Shown: piece after piece, positions 8,969 to 21,374 of the stretch
Layout of the letters: each line of letters starts with the position of its first letter
Position numbering within the stretch: position 1 is the stretch's first letter
From: Selaginella moellendorffii
Lineage: Eukaryota > Plantae > Lycopodiophyta
Assembly (NCBI RefSeq): GCF_000143415.4
Contig: NW_003314403.1
Location: forward strand, 4,316 to 68,315
Reading direction: 5' to 3'
Length of the DNA stretch: 64,000 bases
Translations under genes and position numbers: made by a program
The notes under the pieces: model-generated
Databases searched by the model: none
What the model saw: the letters and a program-made list of their open reading frames with translations, nothing else
What the model was told of the DNA's origin: nothing

Positions 8969-11900
8969 CTATTGAACGAGGAGAGATGGTCGTCGGGGTA
9001 AATGTTGTTGTTGCCTTGAAAAATCTTCAGAAGAAAACAGATGTTGGGGACAGCGCAAGTGCGACGCATGTTCCCTCCGTGGATCTTAAGAACCGTGCTA
9101 CATGGATTCAGGCAAAGGTGTTTCTAAACAACCCCGAGGGGGAGGTGGTAGCTGAGGGCTTAGCCACAGTTGTCGATCCAAGAGATGCAGTTGCTAATCA
9201 AGAATTGGGCTGGGATGATATTGGAGTTGCGATTTTAGAGGTTGTTGACGCAGAAGAAAACAGTCTGACTATTGGAAGCATTGTGCGGTGGAAATTGAGG
9301 CACTTAGTGTTTGAGAATGTGAAGGATTCACAATCAAACACCACTACAACTGATGACAGAACATCTCTTCATAGGAAAAGAAAGTACACCTTCCTAAAGC
9401 GCAGCCAAAGGGATCTGAGCAACAAACCGAAAAGGCAGAAAATGGCGATGGAGATTCGAATGGTCTCGACAGTTGCTTGTTGCAAGAGGAGGTGCTGTCA
9501 ACATGCTGATTGGGATGCTATTGAAGAGGAGAGAGCAAGATACAAGACATTGTCCTGGAAGGCAGCTCGCAATTTTGTGTATGAGGCATTACGGTCATCT
9601 ATTGATGCTTTAGAACATCAGGTGGGGGGCATGGTCTTCCAGAGGGGTTTGGTCTGTATGAAGGCATGGAGAATCATTTATGGAGTCCCTCGAACCACAT
9701 TCTACAGAATCAAAACTGAGTTCGAGGAACAAAGGGTTCAACAGGCAATCCATGGGAACGACGATACGCACAAAACCAGGGGTCATGTTGTATATGGAGA
9801 GGTAATCTTCAAGAGGTTTGTCGAGACATGTAGCGAGCAGCAACCACATAAAACCCGCCTCTTGGAAGATGGAACACAAGACACTTCTCCCTTCCATGTA
9901 TACCAAGGGGGCCATATTGGAAGATGTGAATCGGGAACTCCAGAGTAATGGCTACAGGAAGCTGAGCCAATCTAGATTTAGTAGATTATGGAGCAACAGG
10001 TTCAGGGATGTGAGTATAGGAAAGTACTCCAGCTTTTCAAAGTGTGACGAGTGCACTACTATCAAAATGGCTTTGTCGAAGAATTCTTGCATTGCTCAAG
10101 AGCGAGAGACGTTGGTTAGAAGGCGGCTCAACCACAACATCAAGCAGAGAAGCTGCAAGACTGCATATTATCATAACAGGATTCTCTCCATGGAGAGACC
10201 TGACTCTTACCTCTGCATCATCCACGACAAAATGGACCAGAAAAAGACGTGCTTATCTCGACTCAATCCTGCCCCCAAAGCAATTTCTTCATCCATGCAG
10301 CTGCCTATGTCTCTGTTTGGCATAATCGCTCATGGGCATGGTGCCCAGAACTATGGGAACTTCTTTGTACCTCTATGGGGTGGCGGGGGTGCAAACATGA
10401 TGATTGCGTCCCTAGCAAAACACTTAAGATCTCTACAAAGTGTGCAGACTGAGCTGAACGGCCAACCCTTGCATAAGGCCCTTGTCGATCAAACCCCATA
10501 CAGGGTTCAGCTGGAGGAGGAGCAAAGGCTTGCAATATCGCGTGGGGCCCCATGCCATCCCAGTGAATATGTTGGCCGTCAGATTGTAGGGTTATCACGT
10601 GAGGCCTCATGCCATTCCGATGAGGCTGGTCGCCCGGTGAATGCACAGCCTCATCCAAACGAAGCAGAATCTCAAGGAAGTTCTTGCAGCCAATGTGGCC
10701 TTCCACCCCATCTTCTGCTCCAAACAGACAATGCTGGCAGTGAGAACAAAAACATGTACGTCTTCGCGTACTTGGCGATGCTTGTTGCCAAAGGCATATT
10801 TGAAACGGTTACACTTGGCTTTCTCATGGTTGGGCACACTCATGAAGACGTCGATGCCATGTTCAGTCACCTGGCAGAGTCCCTCCGGCGATCCAATGTC
10901 CTCACCCTCCCACAACTCTACGATGAATTCCAAAATTGCATCAAAGGCACTGTTGAAGCTGCACTTGTGACAGAGGTTCCAGACTTTAAGGGGTTTGTAA
11001 GAGGCTACATCAGGGACGGATCCAAAATGCTAATTGGCCACTCCAAGCCTCTTCAGTTTCATTTTAGCATGCGTGACGGTGCTCCAGTGATGAGGTACAA
11101 GATGAGAGAATGGGACACAGTGTGGCTGCCAGTGGATGGCATTGAACTCTTCAAGAGAGATCCCATAACTGGGGAACCTATGATTCCTCAGGGTTCCCCA
11201 CGGCCGATGCACCCGGATGGACTCAAAGACCAGGAAAGTATAATGGCCGGGATTAGACAGCATATTGCCTTCTGGAAGAGGGGGTTGGTGTTTGGTGGAG
11301 AATCCTATTTTCAGAGGTGCAAGCCTTTGCTCGAATACTGGGATAAGATTATATCTGCTATCCAAAATGGGCCGGTTGTATATGAAGAATTGGAAGAGTC
11401 CTTTTGGCCAGAACCCAGAGCACCAGATAGTAGCGGAAAAATGTCCTCTAGAAATGCAGTGACAGATAACGATGTTGAGGATCACTATTGTGGGCCGAGG
11501 AACAAGAAGCCGGATTCAGCATTCAATCCAGTACAGGTCTGCAAAGGAATGGTCGTGTGTAAGCGACTAATTTTTCCATTCTACTTTAGTCACTTAACCA
11601 CACCTCCGACCACTTGGAGGAGTCTCATTCACAACCTCCATAAGTCCCATTCAGGACTTGGGGCTTGCTAGCCCCGAGAATGGCATCCATGCCACTCAAC
11701 CTTTGCACTTGGTCCAAGTGCTCCACGTGTCCGATCCCATGACCGACACCCAAAGGTACCACTGACATCTCGGCCCGTTACGCTAAGGCCATGCCCATTC
11801 ACCTTTGCTGCGCAAATGGTCCAATACCACTTGCATCACCATCCCGTCTCTCCAAGACTGGGCCATCTATCTACGAGGGGTCATCCTAAATCCACTCCTT

Positions 11901-13726
11901 AGCATCCTTAGGATGCCCACAGACCTGGGGAATCGCCTTCCCCAAAGTCCCTTTGTCAGTTCCTACCAAGTCCCTTTCTGCCCCTGGCCGTGTTTGCCAA
12001 CACTGCCACTGGATCGAGGCCCACAGGCCCGACCACTAAGTCCCACAGTCCTCTGGGACTTCCTCACCACACGACTGTGTCCTTGGTCACTACCCCAGAG
12101 GACTGCTCCTCTTCCTTTCCACAGTCTGGGCCTTTGGGACGACATTTCGGAACACCGTGGCCTTACGCGAGCCACCTGGGTACTCTCCCCACCTATCGCC
12201 TTTAGGTGCTCTAGCCATGGGCTTAGAGCGAGGTTCCGTTGAGCCACGCCTGGTATCCAAGTAGGTAGTGCCACCCACACTTGGACTGGGAGCATCGGCC
12301 AGTCGATCTCCCGGGGGAACTAGAGCCGGCTCTTGAACACTTCACCAAGCTACCCCACTTGTCGGTCCGTATTCACTCTAGTCTTGGACTTCCCAGTGGT
12401 TAGTTCATCACCTAACACTGGGTCTGGCCTTCCTGGGCCAAACTGGCCTTTCCTGGCCAAACTGGCTCCACTGCAGTCCTCCCCCCTACTATACTTTTGG
12501 AGCTCACCAAACCCCCCAGGGTCTGGGAGACGAACGCTTTGGGCTTTCACCCTCTCAGGCTCCGGACTCGGACTCGGACTCGGACTCGGACTCGGATTCG
12601 GATTCGGACTCGGACTCGGGCTCGGGCTCGGTCTCGGCCTCGGCCTCGGTCTCGGTCTCGGTCCCGATCTCGGTCTCGGTCCCGGTCTCGGTCTTGACTT
12701 CGGACTCCATCTCGGACTCCATCTCGGACTCCATCTCGGACTCCATCTCGGGTCCATCTTGGGTCCATCTCGGACTCCATCTCGGACTCCATCTCGGGTC
12801 CATCTCAGACTCCATCTCGGACTCCATCTTGGGTTCATCTCGGACTCCATCTCGGACTCCATCTCGGGTCCATCTCGGACTCCATCTCGGACTCCATCTC
12901 GGACTCCATATCGGGTCCATCTCGGACTCCATCTCGGACTCCATTACGGGTCCATCTCGGGTCCATCTCGGACTCCATCTCGGACTCCATCTCGGACTCC
13001 ATCTCGGACTCCATCTCGGGTCCATCTCGGACTCCATCTCGGACTCCATCTCGGACTCCATCTCGGGTCCATCTCGGACTCCATCTCGGACTCCATTTCG
13101 GGTCCATCTCGGGTCCATCTCGGACTCCACTTCGGACTCCAACTCGGGTCCACCTCGGACTCCACTTCGGACTCCATCTCGGACACTCCCACGTGTCATG
13201 TGTTGGTCCTTTTGGGTCCCTTTTTGGAGCCTCGCCTTTTGCTCGCTTCGTGCTCATTCCTCGAGCACTTCGTTGGGAGTTCCACTCCCGCTCTTGACTT
13301 TTCAAGTCGGAGCTTTTGGTCCAAACGTGTTACGCTCGTTTGGCTCTCGCTTCGGCCACTACCATGTGGTGCCCTTCCAGCTCCACTTTGGGGCCTAGGG
13401 ATTTTGTGTCTCACATCGTGCTTGTCAGACCCAGTAATAAAAAACAAATGATATGGGTGGGGCGCTGCATCACTGATGCAGAGGAGGACGCGAAAACTAA
13501 CTCCTTCAATGTAACTGTGGAATGGTTCAAGCCAAGTTCCGGATATACGAAGGATTGCCTAGAAAAAAGATGGGTGCTGAATCCAAGGGATCCCAGCATG
13601 AGCATATTGGTGGATAATGTTGTGCATAGTTGGATGCGGAAGCAGAGTGCCACCATCACCTTGCCAGACCATGCAAGAGATGCAGCAAGAGCATTCATAA
13701 CCCGGGTTCAAGGTGAGATTCATTAA
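8969..13726 (+). pseudogene. Sola1-like (DUF7869-type) DDD/E transposase, copy A, disrupted
   Basis: CCKRRC, KCDEC, IIHDKMDQ, QTDNAGSENKN, FLMVGHTHEDVDAMFS; 8-bp deletion frameshift near 9885 vs copy B; split by solo LTR at 11558-13415; family assignment by motif only. Confidence 0.75.
11558..13415 (-). mobile_element. Solo LTR inserted in the transposase gene; contains a long 6/12-bp repeat array (CTCGGACTCCAT)
   Basis: TG...CA termini; TSD TCGTG (11553-11557, 13416-13420); array at ~12560-13185; related to 7499-8646 and ~48200-49280. Confidence 0.9.
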
Positions 13727-15355
13727 TATTCCTTTACTAAGTTTCTAATGTATTTTATTTCAAGGTGAACAATCCGAATCTGAATCAGAGGAGGCATGAT
13801 GGCATGTGGCCTTATGCCATTCCTAGGTGAGATGATACAAATAACAAGTATAAATTCTTAGTTGTTCTAGCAAATCTTACTTAAAGTTCAAGGTGAACAA
13901 GCCGAATATGAATTCATCGTATTGTTATAACAAATTGTGAGGTGATGGCATGAGGCAATACGCCATTTGAGAGTGGTAGCCATTCCTATATGAGGTGAGT
14001 GAAATATTTATTAGAAATACCTCATTCAATTGTGCACTTCTAAGTCTTGGTCCACTCAGTACTGTTTGCATGTTTCTATTTTAATTCTTTCTCTAAAATG
14101 TTATTTAGCATGTGGCTTCATGCCATTGCTCTCCACAATCATGCATTGAATTTTTCTATCCTTGCATAATACTTCTCCATATATATAGCATGTGCGCACA
14201 TGTGATATGGTTCATTAGGCTTGATATAGTGTGTGAGGTAAAACAAAGATGATGTGACATATGCATTTACCAATCACACGTGCATAAATCTAATAATATG
14301 GCGTGTGGCCCATATTAATGGCACATAAACCCATATTGTGGGCTTACGTGCTTTATGTACCATCATTCCCTTGCAGCGTGTGTGTTGGTTTCCTTTTATA
14401 ACACAACGAACTCCATATTTTAGGGTGAAGAGCGTTCTCATGGCAAGCACAAAATCTGTAAGCGAGGCAGAAAAGGAGACGGAGAAGGAGATAGGTGAAG
14501 ATGTAGAATATATAAGTCTTCCAAACTCCCCGTACTATACTCCAGGTGATCATTTTTCTGAACAAACAGCAACATTAACAACTATCGAGAACGCCCCAGT
14601 AACATCAGAGACAACAATCCAAAGCAAAACAACTGACCCGGAGAAGGATGATAGTACCGCTGAGAATACCAAAAAGGAGGTGTCCACTAGCGCTTAGGCT
14701 TATAATGGCGTGTGCCCTCATGCCATTTACTTGATCACCAAATACCTTTTTCCCTTTGCACTAGTATATCTTAATACCGGTCTGAGAAATAGAATGGCAT
14801 GTGCCCTCAGGCCTTTTACTAAATCACCTTTGAAAGAAATGCAAGCCTCTATGTCGTAAAAAAAAGGTACTAGAGAAATTCCTTAATAATATGAATGTTA
14901 TTTAGTTTCATGAAAATACACTAAGGGTCAAATGAGTTAAATGACTTCTCCAGACTAGCAATGCCTCTTGCTACACCTTCAAAATTAGATTTGTTAGAAA
15001 AAGATAACATTGAATAATATCTAAATGTTCTCACCATTAAGTTATATGTCTGGCTAATAGGAATGACGTTCATCTTGGAAAGCTCACCACACGCTCAATA
15101 AACAAACAAATAGTGTGTGCGCGCATGCCATCGCTCTTCTTTAGCTTCAGATTCGGCTTGTTCACCTTGACAATGAGATTTATTATACAACCAGATGGAC
15201 TCAGTCTAGACACAGTCACTGCGCTAGTCACCATGCCCCAGATATGTCTAGCCCCTGGACAAAAAACATATAATTTCACGTAATTTTCAAATACTTGAAA
15301 ATTTGTACCTAGTCCCATTTTACTGAATAAATCCCACTTTAACGAAATAGAGCTT

Positions 15356-18300
15356 ATTGTAGGATATATTTATTGGACAAATCCACCATAAATAGAGATT
15401 TGACATGTTCTTTACAAGGATACAATCATTCAATGCTTCAGATATTAAGATATGCTTGTGAGAGGATTAATACTACTGAGATAAATGGGGTTATAAGTGA
15501 GAGGTGTCAATCAATCGTGAGAGTTGTAGTGAGAGTCAGGCTCAAAGAGATTAGTTTGCATGATATAATATTTTAACTCTACTTGATCACTAATAACACT
15601 CTTTCTTTAGCAAAATAAAGAATTGGATGCGAGATGGGTGAGATTAGAAGCTTCAATCTGGATTGGATGCGTTTTGGAACTGAAGAAAAAATGTCTTTAT
15701 AAATTTATTCATGGAAGTTTGTTCATTCCCCAAGTGATTTTAAACAATCAACACCTTTTCATTTTCAAGATATCAACCATTGGTCTTTCCTATGATGTGG
15801 ACCTTGTACAACAAATAAATATAGATGGAGATAGAGCTTTAACTAATTCCTAAATTCATTTCAACCACATTAAACAAGTTTCAAGTTAGTCTACTATAGG
15901 AGCCCATATTTATGATCACAAGTGGTTTTTCATTTTTTATGGATTCCATACCAATTTCCACTATACCCATTCCTTCTATAGATTGTGGTCTAACTTGACT
16001 ATAGTTACAACTGAATTTAAGATCTAAGATTTATAAGCTCAACCATCTTTTTGAAAAGCATTTGTGTGACAAGTCCTCTCTACTAGACATGTGTGGTCCA
16101 TTTCAAGTGATGACCCAGTTTAGGAAGAGGTATTATATTTCATTTATAGATGATTCTATGAGGTATGTGGTTCTTAACTACTAAGGACAAAGCTTTGCCA
16201 GCATTTAAAGCTTATAAGTAAGCTTGATTTGCATATCAAAGTGTTCCACTTTGATGGAGGAGGTGAGTACATGTCTTTTAGTTTTGTTGTGAGCACATAG
16301 GAATTCAGTGATAATTCATAGTTCTATACACTCCTAAGCTCAATGGGTAACTGAGCAATTCAACAGGACAATAGTGGAGCAGGCTAAGATAATGATAGTT
16401 GATGCTAGATTTTGGGATCATGCTAAAGCCACAGCTATCTTTGTGTGTAATAGGTGTATAAGGCACCTTATGAGGCTTGGACTGGACAATGTCCATGCAT
16501 GAATATCTTAAGATGGTTTGGCTGTGTAGCTTTTTCTCATGATTTTAATGAGCTCCACAGAAAGCTTGATGGTAGCCCAAGCCAATTGGCCTTTGGGTTG
16601 AGAGATTGTGATGGATCAACCAAGGAACTTATAGGATGAGATCAACACCCAAGAGAGAGCTTGTAAATTACATGTTGTCAAACGAACAAAACTGAGACCA
16701 TTGTAAGCAACCAAAGGGAACGACTCAAGAGACGATCCATAGGGGTTCAAATATAGAGGGAAAGGGCCCATGAACAAGAGTGCACCCCCTTTTCCAATCG
16801 GTTAAGGGTCTTGGGATATTTGGGGTTAAGCGTCCTTGGGTTTGAATAGTACTGGGCTGGGTGACCTCTTGGGAAGTCCAAACTCAAGAGCTTACATTTG
16901 GTATCAGAGCGGTCTCGGGTCCGACTCTGAAGGTTGGCTAGAGGAATCACACCAGATGTTGATTGACATCTGGCTGGTCTAGTTTGCTCCCGCTGGGCTC
17001 GACCCAAGGGGTAGGGTGTCAAGAGAGCGGGGCTCTCGGGAGAGCTGCGGCGGCTAGAGGAATCACACTAGATTTTGATTGACATCTGGCTGGTCCAGTT
17101 TGCTCCCGCTGGGCTCGACCCAAGGGGTAGGGTGTCAAGAGAGCGGGGCTCTCGGGAGAGCTGCGGCTCTCAGCTTCCGTTCAAGAAGGCGTGAACTTGC
17201 AGGGAAGCGTGGTGGATTGTAAGCAACCAAAGGGAACGACTCGAGAGGCGATCCATAGGGGTTCAAATATAGAGGGAAAGGGCCCATAAACAAGAGTGCA
17301 CCCCCTTTTCCAATCGGTTAAGGGTCTTGGGATATTTAGGGTTAAGTGTCCTTGGGTTTGAATAGTATTGGGTTGGGTGACCTCTCGGGAAGTCCAAACT
17401 CAGGAGCTTACAACCATGTGCTATATCATCAATTCCTGGTGAGCCATGAATTATAATGCTATCTATACATTGCATTGCAAATTCACCCCAAGAAAACTAG
17501 AATGGAAAGTTGGCAAGGATGAAGCTTGTATATTTTTTGCAGCTATAGTGACAAGAGTGGTCTATCAACTCCTTCACCTAGACACAAGCAAAGAGTTTTT
17601 GTGTCAAGATATGATCTTTGATGAGCATCAAGTTTACTCTCAACATCATGATGATCCAGCAGTTCCTTCTACCAATTTTCTTTATGGAGAAAGCAAGGTG
17701 AGATCCCCAACCTATGTTCTTTAGTCCATGTGAAGAGGATGATGATGATCCTCTTCCTCGACTTAGCTCTGCCTATGTGGGGAGATTTGACACACAAGCT
17801 CCTAATCCTAAGATGCTACCTCCTGAGCCCAAACTCTAAATTCCTGATAATTCTTATGGATGAGTTCCTCATTATGATAGGGTTCTGGCATCTGATCTTG
17901 ATTAAGTTTGTAAGTCTGATCATGACTGGGTTTCTGAGCACAATATTTTTGAGCCTAAGTATAAGGTTCTTGAACCTATGCATACTCCTGATCAAGATAT
18001 TGTCTAAGGTTTGAGCTGCTCTAGATGCCAGCAAAGGGTAAAGAGCAAGCTGAGAGGCAAGCATAAGTAGTTGCTAGAGCCTCTTGTCATCTCAGCTGGA
18101 TGACCATGTTTACAGCTATAGAGTTTCAGATTCCTATTACACTTGCTCAAGCTAAGAAATCTTCTTAAAATGTTGGGATCAAGCTATAGCTGATACGATG
18201 TGAGCTCATGAGGAAAATGACATTCCTGACTTTGTTCCTGAAAATGCTAATGTCATTTTGACAAAGCTTCTATTTTAAATCAAAGCTAGATGATTAGGAG

Positions 18301-18490
18301 AAGTGCAATGCCTCAAAGCTAGGCTTGTGGTGAGAGGCTTCACTCAGATCAAGGGTATTGATTTTATAGAAACCTTCAGCCTGGTCATGAAGATGGCCTC
18401 TATCGGGTTGTTATTGGCAGTATAGCATAATCTTTATATGGAGCAAATAGATATGAAGACCTCTTTCTTATATGGAGAAATTCTAGAAGA
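15356..18490 (+). mobile_element. Degenerate Ty1/copia pol remnant
   Basis: Broken integrase (HFDGGGEY, YTPKLNG) and RT ([33 protein letters not shown]) motifs with many stops. Confidence 0.8.
16702..17412 (+). mobile_element. Cassandra-type TRIM with 5S rRNA-derived LTR segment
   Basis: 195-bp LTRs 16702-16896 and 17218-17412; TSD ACCAT; PBS TGGTATCAGAGC 16899-16910; LTR has GTTAAGCGTCCTTGGG...TAGTACTGGGCTGGGTGACCTCTTGGGAAGTCC, resembling the 5S box A to box C region. Confidence 0.92.
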
Positions 18491-19041
18491 GGGAAAGGTT
18501 GAAAATAATGATATAGGTTTCACCAACAAAGCTTGGAGTGGCATATCATTACCCAATTGCATGCATAAGCCCATGATGTGGTGATAAAGCATCATCTTTG
18601 CACAGTTGGGTTATGGGTGGAATGTATTTAAGATCCAGTTGACATCAATAAAGTTGGCCACACGATGTTCTGACCAAAATGCTAACAGTCAAAGTGGTGA
18701 ATCAACTTTATATTTTTTCATGTGCATGGGCAAACTAGCACTATAACCTACACGAGCATGTAACACAGATGGCAGAACTAGAAATCCTATAGCACAAGTT
18801 GGAGTGATCAACAATAGGGATGTCAGGGCCTCTATGGCTCCCTGCACCAATTCTTCCAGCGGCCCAAAAAAAAATTGCAATTTAGAGCATTTTCTCATTC
18901 TAGATACCATACCTTATCTCATAAACTAAAACTATACATATTCTTTCCAGGCGAGAAATTTTGTTTCTCCATTTCTCTGGAAGATGAAGATCCTATCCTA
19001 GTGTCTAAGGCACTATTCATGCCAAAAATTCTAACCTATAC

Positions 19042-19455
19042 CTCTGATACCATGTGAAGAGAAGCTAAGCCTCTTGGTCTAGCACTTTGAAGGAAGAACA
19101 AGCCTATCATATAGCTCTCACAAAACATCAAAGAAAACTAAAAACCCCAAATTGAACAAGTCAATTGGTTAGCTCTAACAGTGTGTTAGGCGTAGGTGGC
19201 TCACACTCTCCACTTTGGTCAAAGATGATGTCAGAGGGATGTGCAGAGATAGGTTCATGCAAAACTGTAAAATAGAAGCTGGCTAAGTTTTCTCTTTTTG
19301 TCTCTCTTAAGTTGGCCATTAGATTGTGTGGTCCCTGATGATCCTACAATGTGTTAGGCACCAGCTTTGACTATGTGGTCAACGTCGGTCAAAGGGAGGC
19401 TCAAGGGTATATTAAGGCATGTTAGGGTAAGGGACTTAACCTACCCTAGGGCTCA
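19042..19455 (-). mobile_element. LTR fragment with tRNA-iMet PBS
   Basis: CTCTGATACCA-TG at 19042-19054; the other boundary is not resolved. Confidence 0.55.
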
Positions 19456-19868
19456 ACATGTTTAGGGTTTAGGGTTTAGGGTTTAGCAATTCAGTAGCTT
19501 GATAAACATGCAAATATAGAACTTGATGCAAAATCCTTTGATATGTCATAATGCCCCTAGGACCATAAATACATTTCAATAGAGAGGGTCCTTTCATTTC
19601 ATAACTCCTTACGTAGATCTTGGTGAAACCAGAGTTAGTGAAGTTAGTTTCTTGTGATCCCGCATCTGATTGTGATGTCCCTTTGCAGTGTCAATGGAAA
19701 GGTCAATGCACACCAAACTGTAAAATCTTGGAGCAAAATAACGGTCGAATCTATGGCAAATGCCCCTGAAACATTGTAAGGCTCGTGTGGTCTCATGTGG
19801 TGTCCGATCGAAATTCTTCTTTGCAGGGTCATCAAAAAAGACATTGTATACCATTCTGTAAAATCTAG
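19456..19868 (-). mobile_element. Inverted fragment of the DNA transposon intergenic region with interstitial (TTTAGGG)3+
   Basis: Reverse complement of 60372-60783. Confidence 0.9.
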
Positions 19869-19958
19869 TTACAATCTAACGGTTGGATCTCCAGAAAACT
19901 CAAAAAAATCTCGCGCGTGTTAGAATATTCTAGGAATATACTCCTATGTGGATATACC

Positions 19959-21374
19959 CAAGACTTGGGATTTAGAGGGTCCCATGATCAAGTCTTGTGG
20001 TACCAAGGGGTGTTAGGAATCTGGAGGCTTGGTGTGCTTGGCTGCTTGTGCCTGTGGGGAGTGTAGCCGAACCTTAAGTCCAGTCTAACCCGGGGAGGGG
20101 GATTGGGAGAGATTTGGGAATCCGTAGATGGATGGCTAACACTCCGTTGCTCGTGCAGTGAGTAGCTGAAACCAAGTAGGACCAAGTAGGAGTTGGTACC
20201 ATAGGCGGGAACCTTGGCCAGGGAACTTAGCACAAGCCAAGGTAGAATTGGTCGGATAGACGAGGTAAGCTGGTAAATTGGAAAGGAAAAATTTGTGGCT
20301 TACATTGGTGACCTAGGAGAGAAGTAATAGATAGGGAGATTAAGAAGAAGCTTAAGGCATACCTTGATTGAAGAGCATCTTTCTAGTGTTTTGAAGAGCA
20401 TCTAATATCTTGATTAAGTGTCTTGAAACACATTTTGAGATTAAAGTGATTTTCTCTCACCCTTACCTACTCAAACCCTAACCATAAAACCTAAAAATCA
20501 ACAGTCATGATTTCATTCTCTTCATTGCATCCTAAATTCTAGTGATTTTAATTTTGCAAATTTTAAGGGGACTTGCTTCGGGACGTCAGGGCGAAACACC
20601 GTGGCCTAACGGCCCGGTATGGGTACCTCTACCCCGCCCACTTCCATCCCGAAGGGAAGGCCCAAGCTCCTAGGAAGGGCGAGGACCAATGAGCCACAAG
20701 GTACTCAAGTGGGGCACCACTCCACATGAGCCGGGAGCACTGTAGTCGGTTTCCCTTTCGGGAGTGGGAGCTGCTCTTGAGCACTTCCTTGGGTGGCCCC
20801 TCCGGCACCACTCAAGCCCATGCTCACTCCCACCCAAGGCCCCTCGGCCCCAGTCTCAACCTCAAGTCAGTTTGGAAGCACCACTAGAGAGTTCCTTTAA
20901 GACTGGTTCCTGGACCTCACTATCCCTACTATACTTTTGGAACCCCCTGCAACCCCCCCCCTGGCAGACGCACGCTTTGGGCTTTCACCCCTTGACCCGT
21001 ATTAGTATTTGGACTTAGTCTCTGGCTCGATCTCGGACCCGATTTCGGATCCGACTTCGGATTCGGTCTCGGACTCGATCTCGGACTCGATCTCAGACCT
21101 GATCTCGGACCCGACCTCAGACTCGACCTCGGACTCGGTCTCGGACCCGATTTCGGATCTCGGACTCCGTCTCGAACTCGGTCTCGAACTCGGACTTGAA
21201 CTCGGTCCCCGAGTTGGTCTCGGACTCGATTCCGGACTCTATCTCGAACTCGGTCCTAGAGTCGGTCTTGGATTCGATCTTCGACTTTGTCCCATCCGAT
21301 GAACTCTTTGTCATTTTGGTCATGCGTTTGGGGTTCCTTTAGCCTACAACACCTCGGCTAGTTGGTTCCTTACA
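19959..21374. mobile_element. LTR of the 7499-8646 family in two oppositely oriented pieces
   Basis: 19959-20304 matches 8312-8646 forward; 20571-21374 matches 7499-8303 reverse. Confidence 0.85.

Larger units (their letters stand above)
8671..15355 (+). mobile_element. Large DNA transposon, copy A (left end missing, right TIR present)
   Basis: Colinear with 60792-64000 apart from an ~880-bp deletion at microhomology CTATT; ends in TCCCACTTTAACGAAATAGAGCTT (15332-15355), the reverse complement of 53628-53651. Confidence 0.88.

Noticed and set aside
12333-13451. Long ORFs with GLGL/ESES/SPRW/DGVR repeats (also 7550-7864, 21009-21323, 48539-48817)
   Set aside because: Translations of 6/12-bp repeat arrays inside LTRs, open in several frames on both strands
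15351-15362. Target-site duplication for the DNA transposon
   Set aside because: The two TIRs belong to different insertions, so TSD and exact terminal base cannot be fixed from this window
16820-16880. 5S rRNA gene
   Set aside because: Only the internal promoter segment is present, duplicated within TRIM LTRs; no full 120-nt gene
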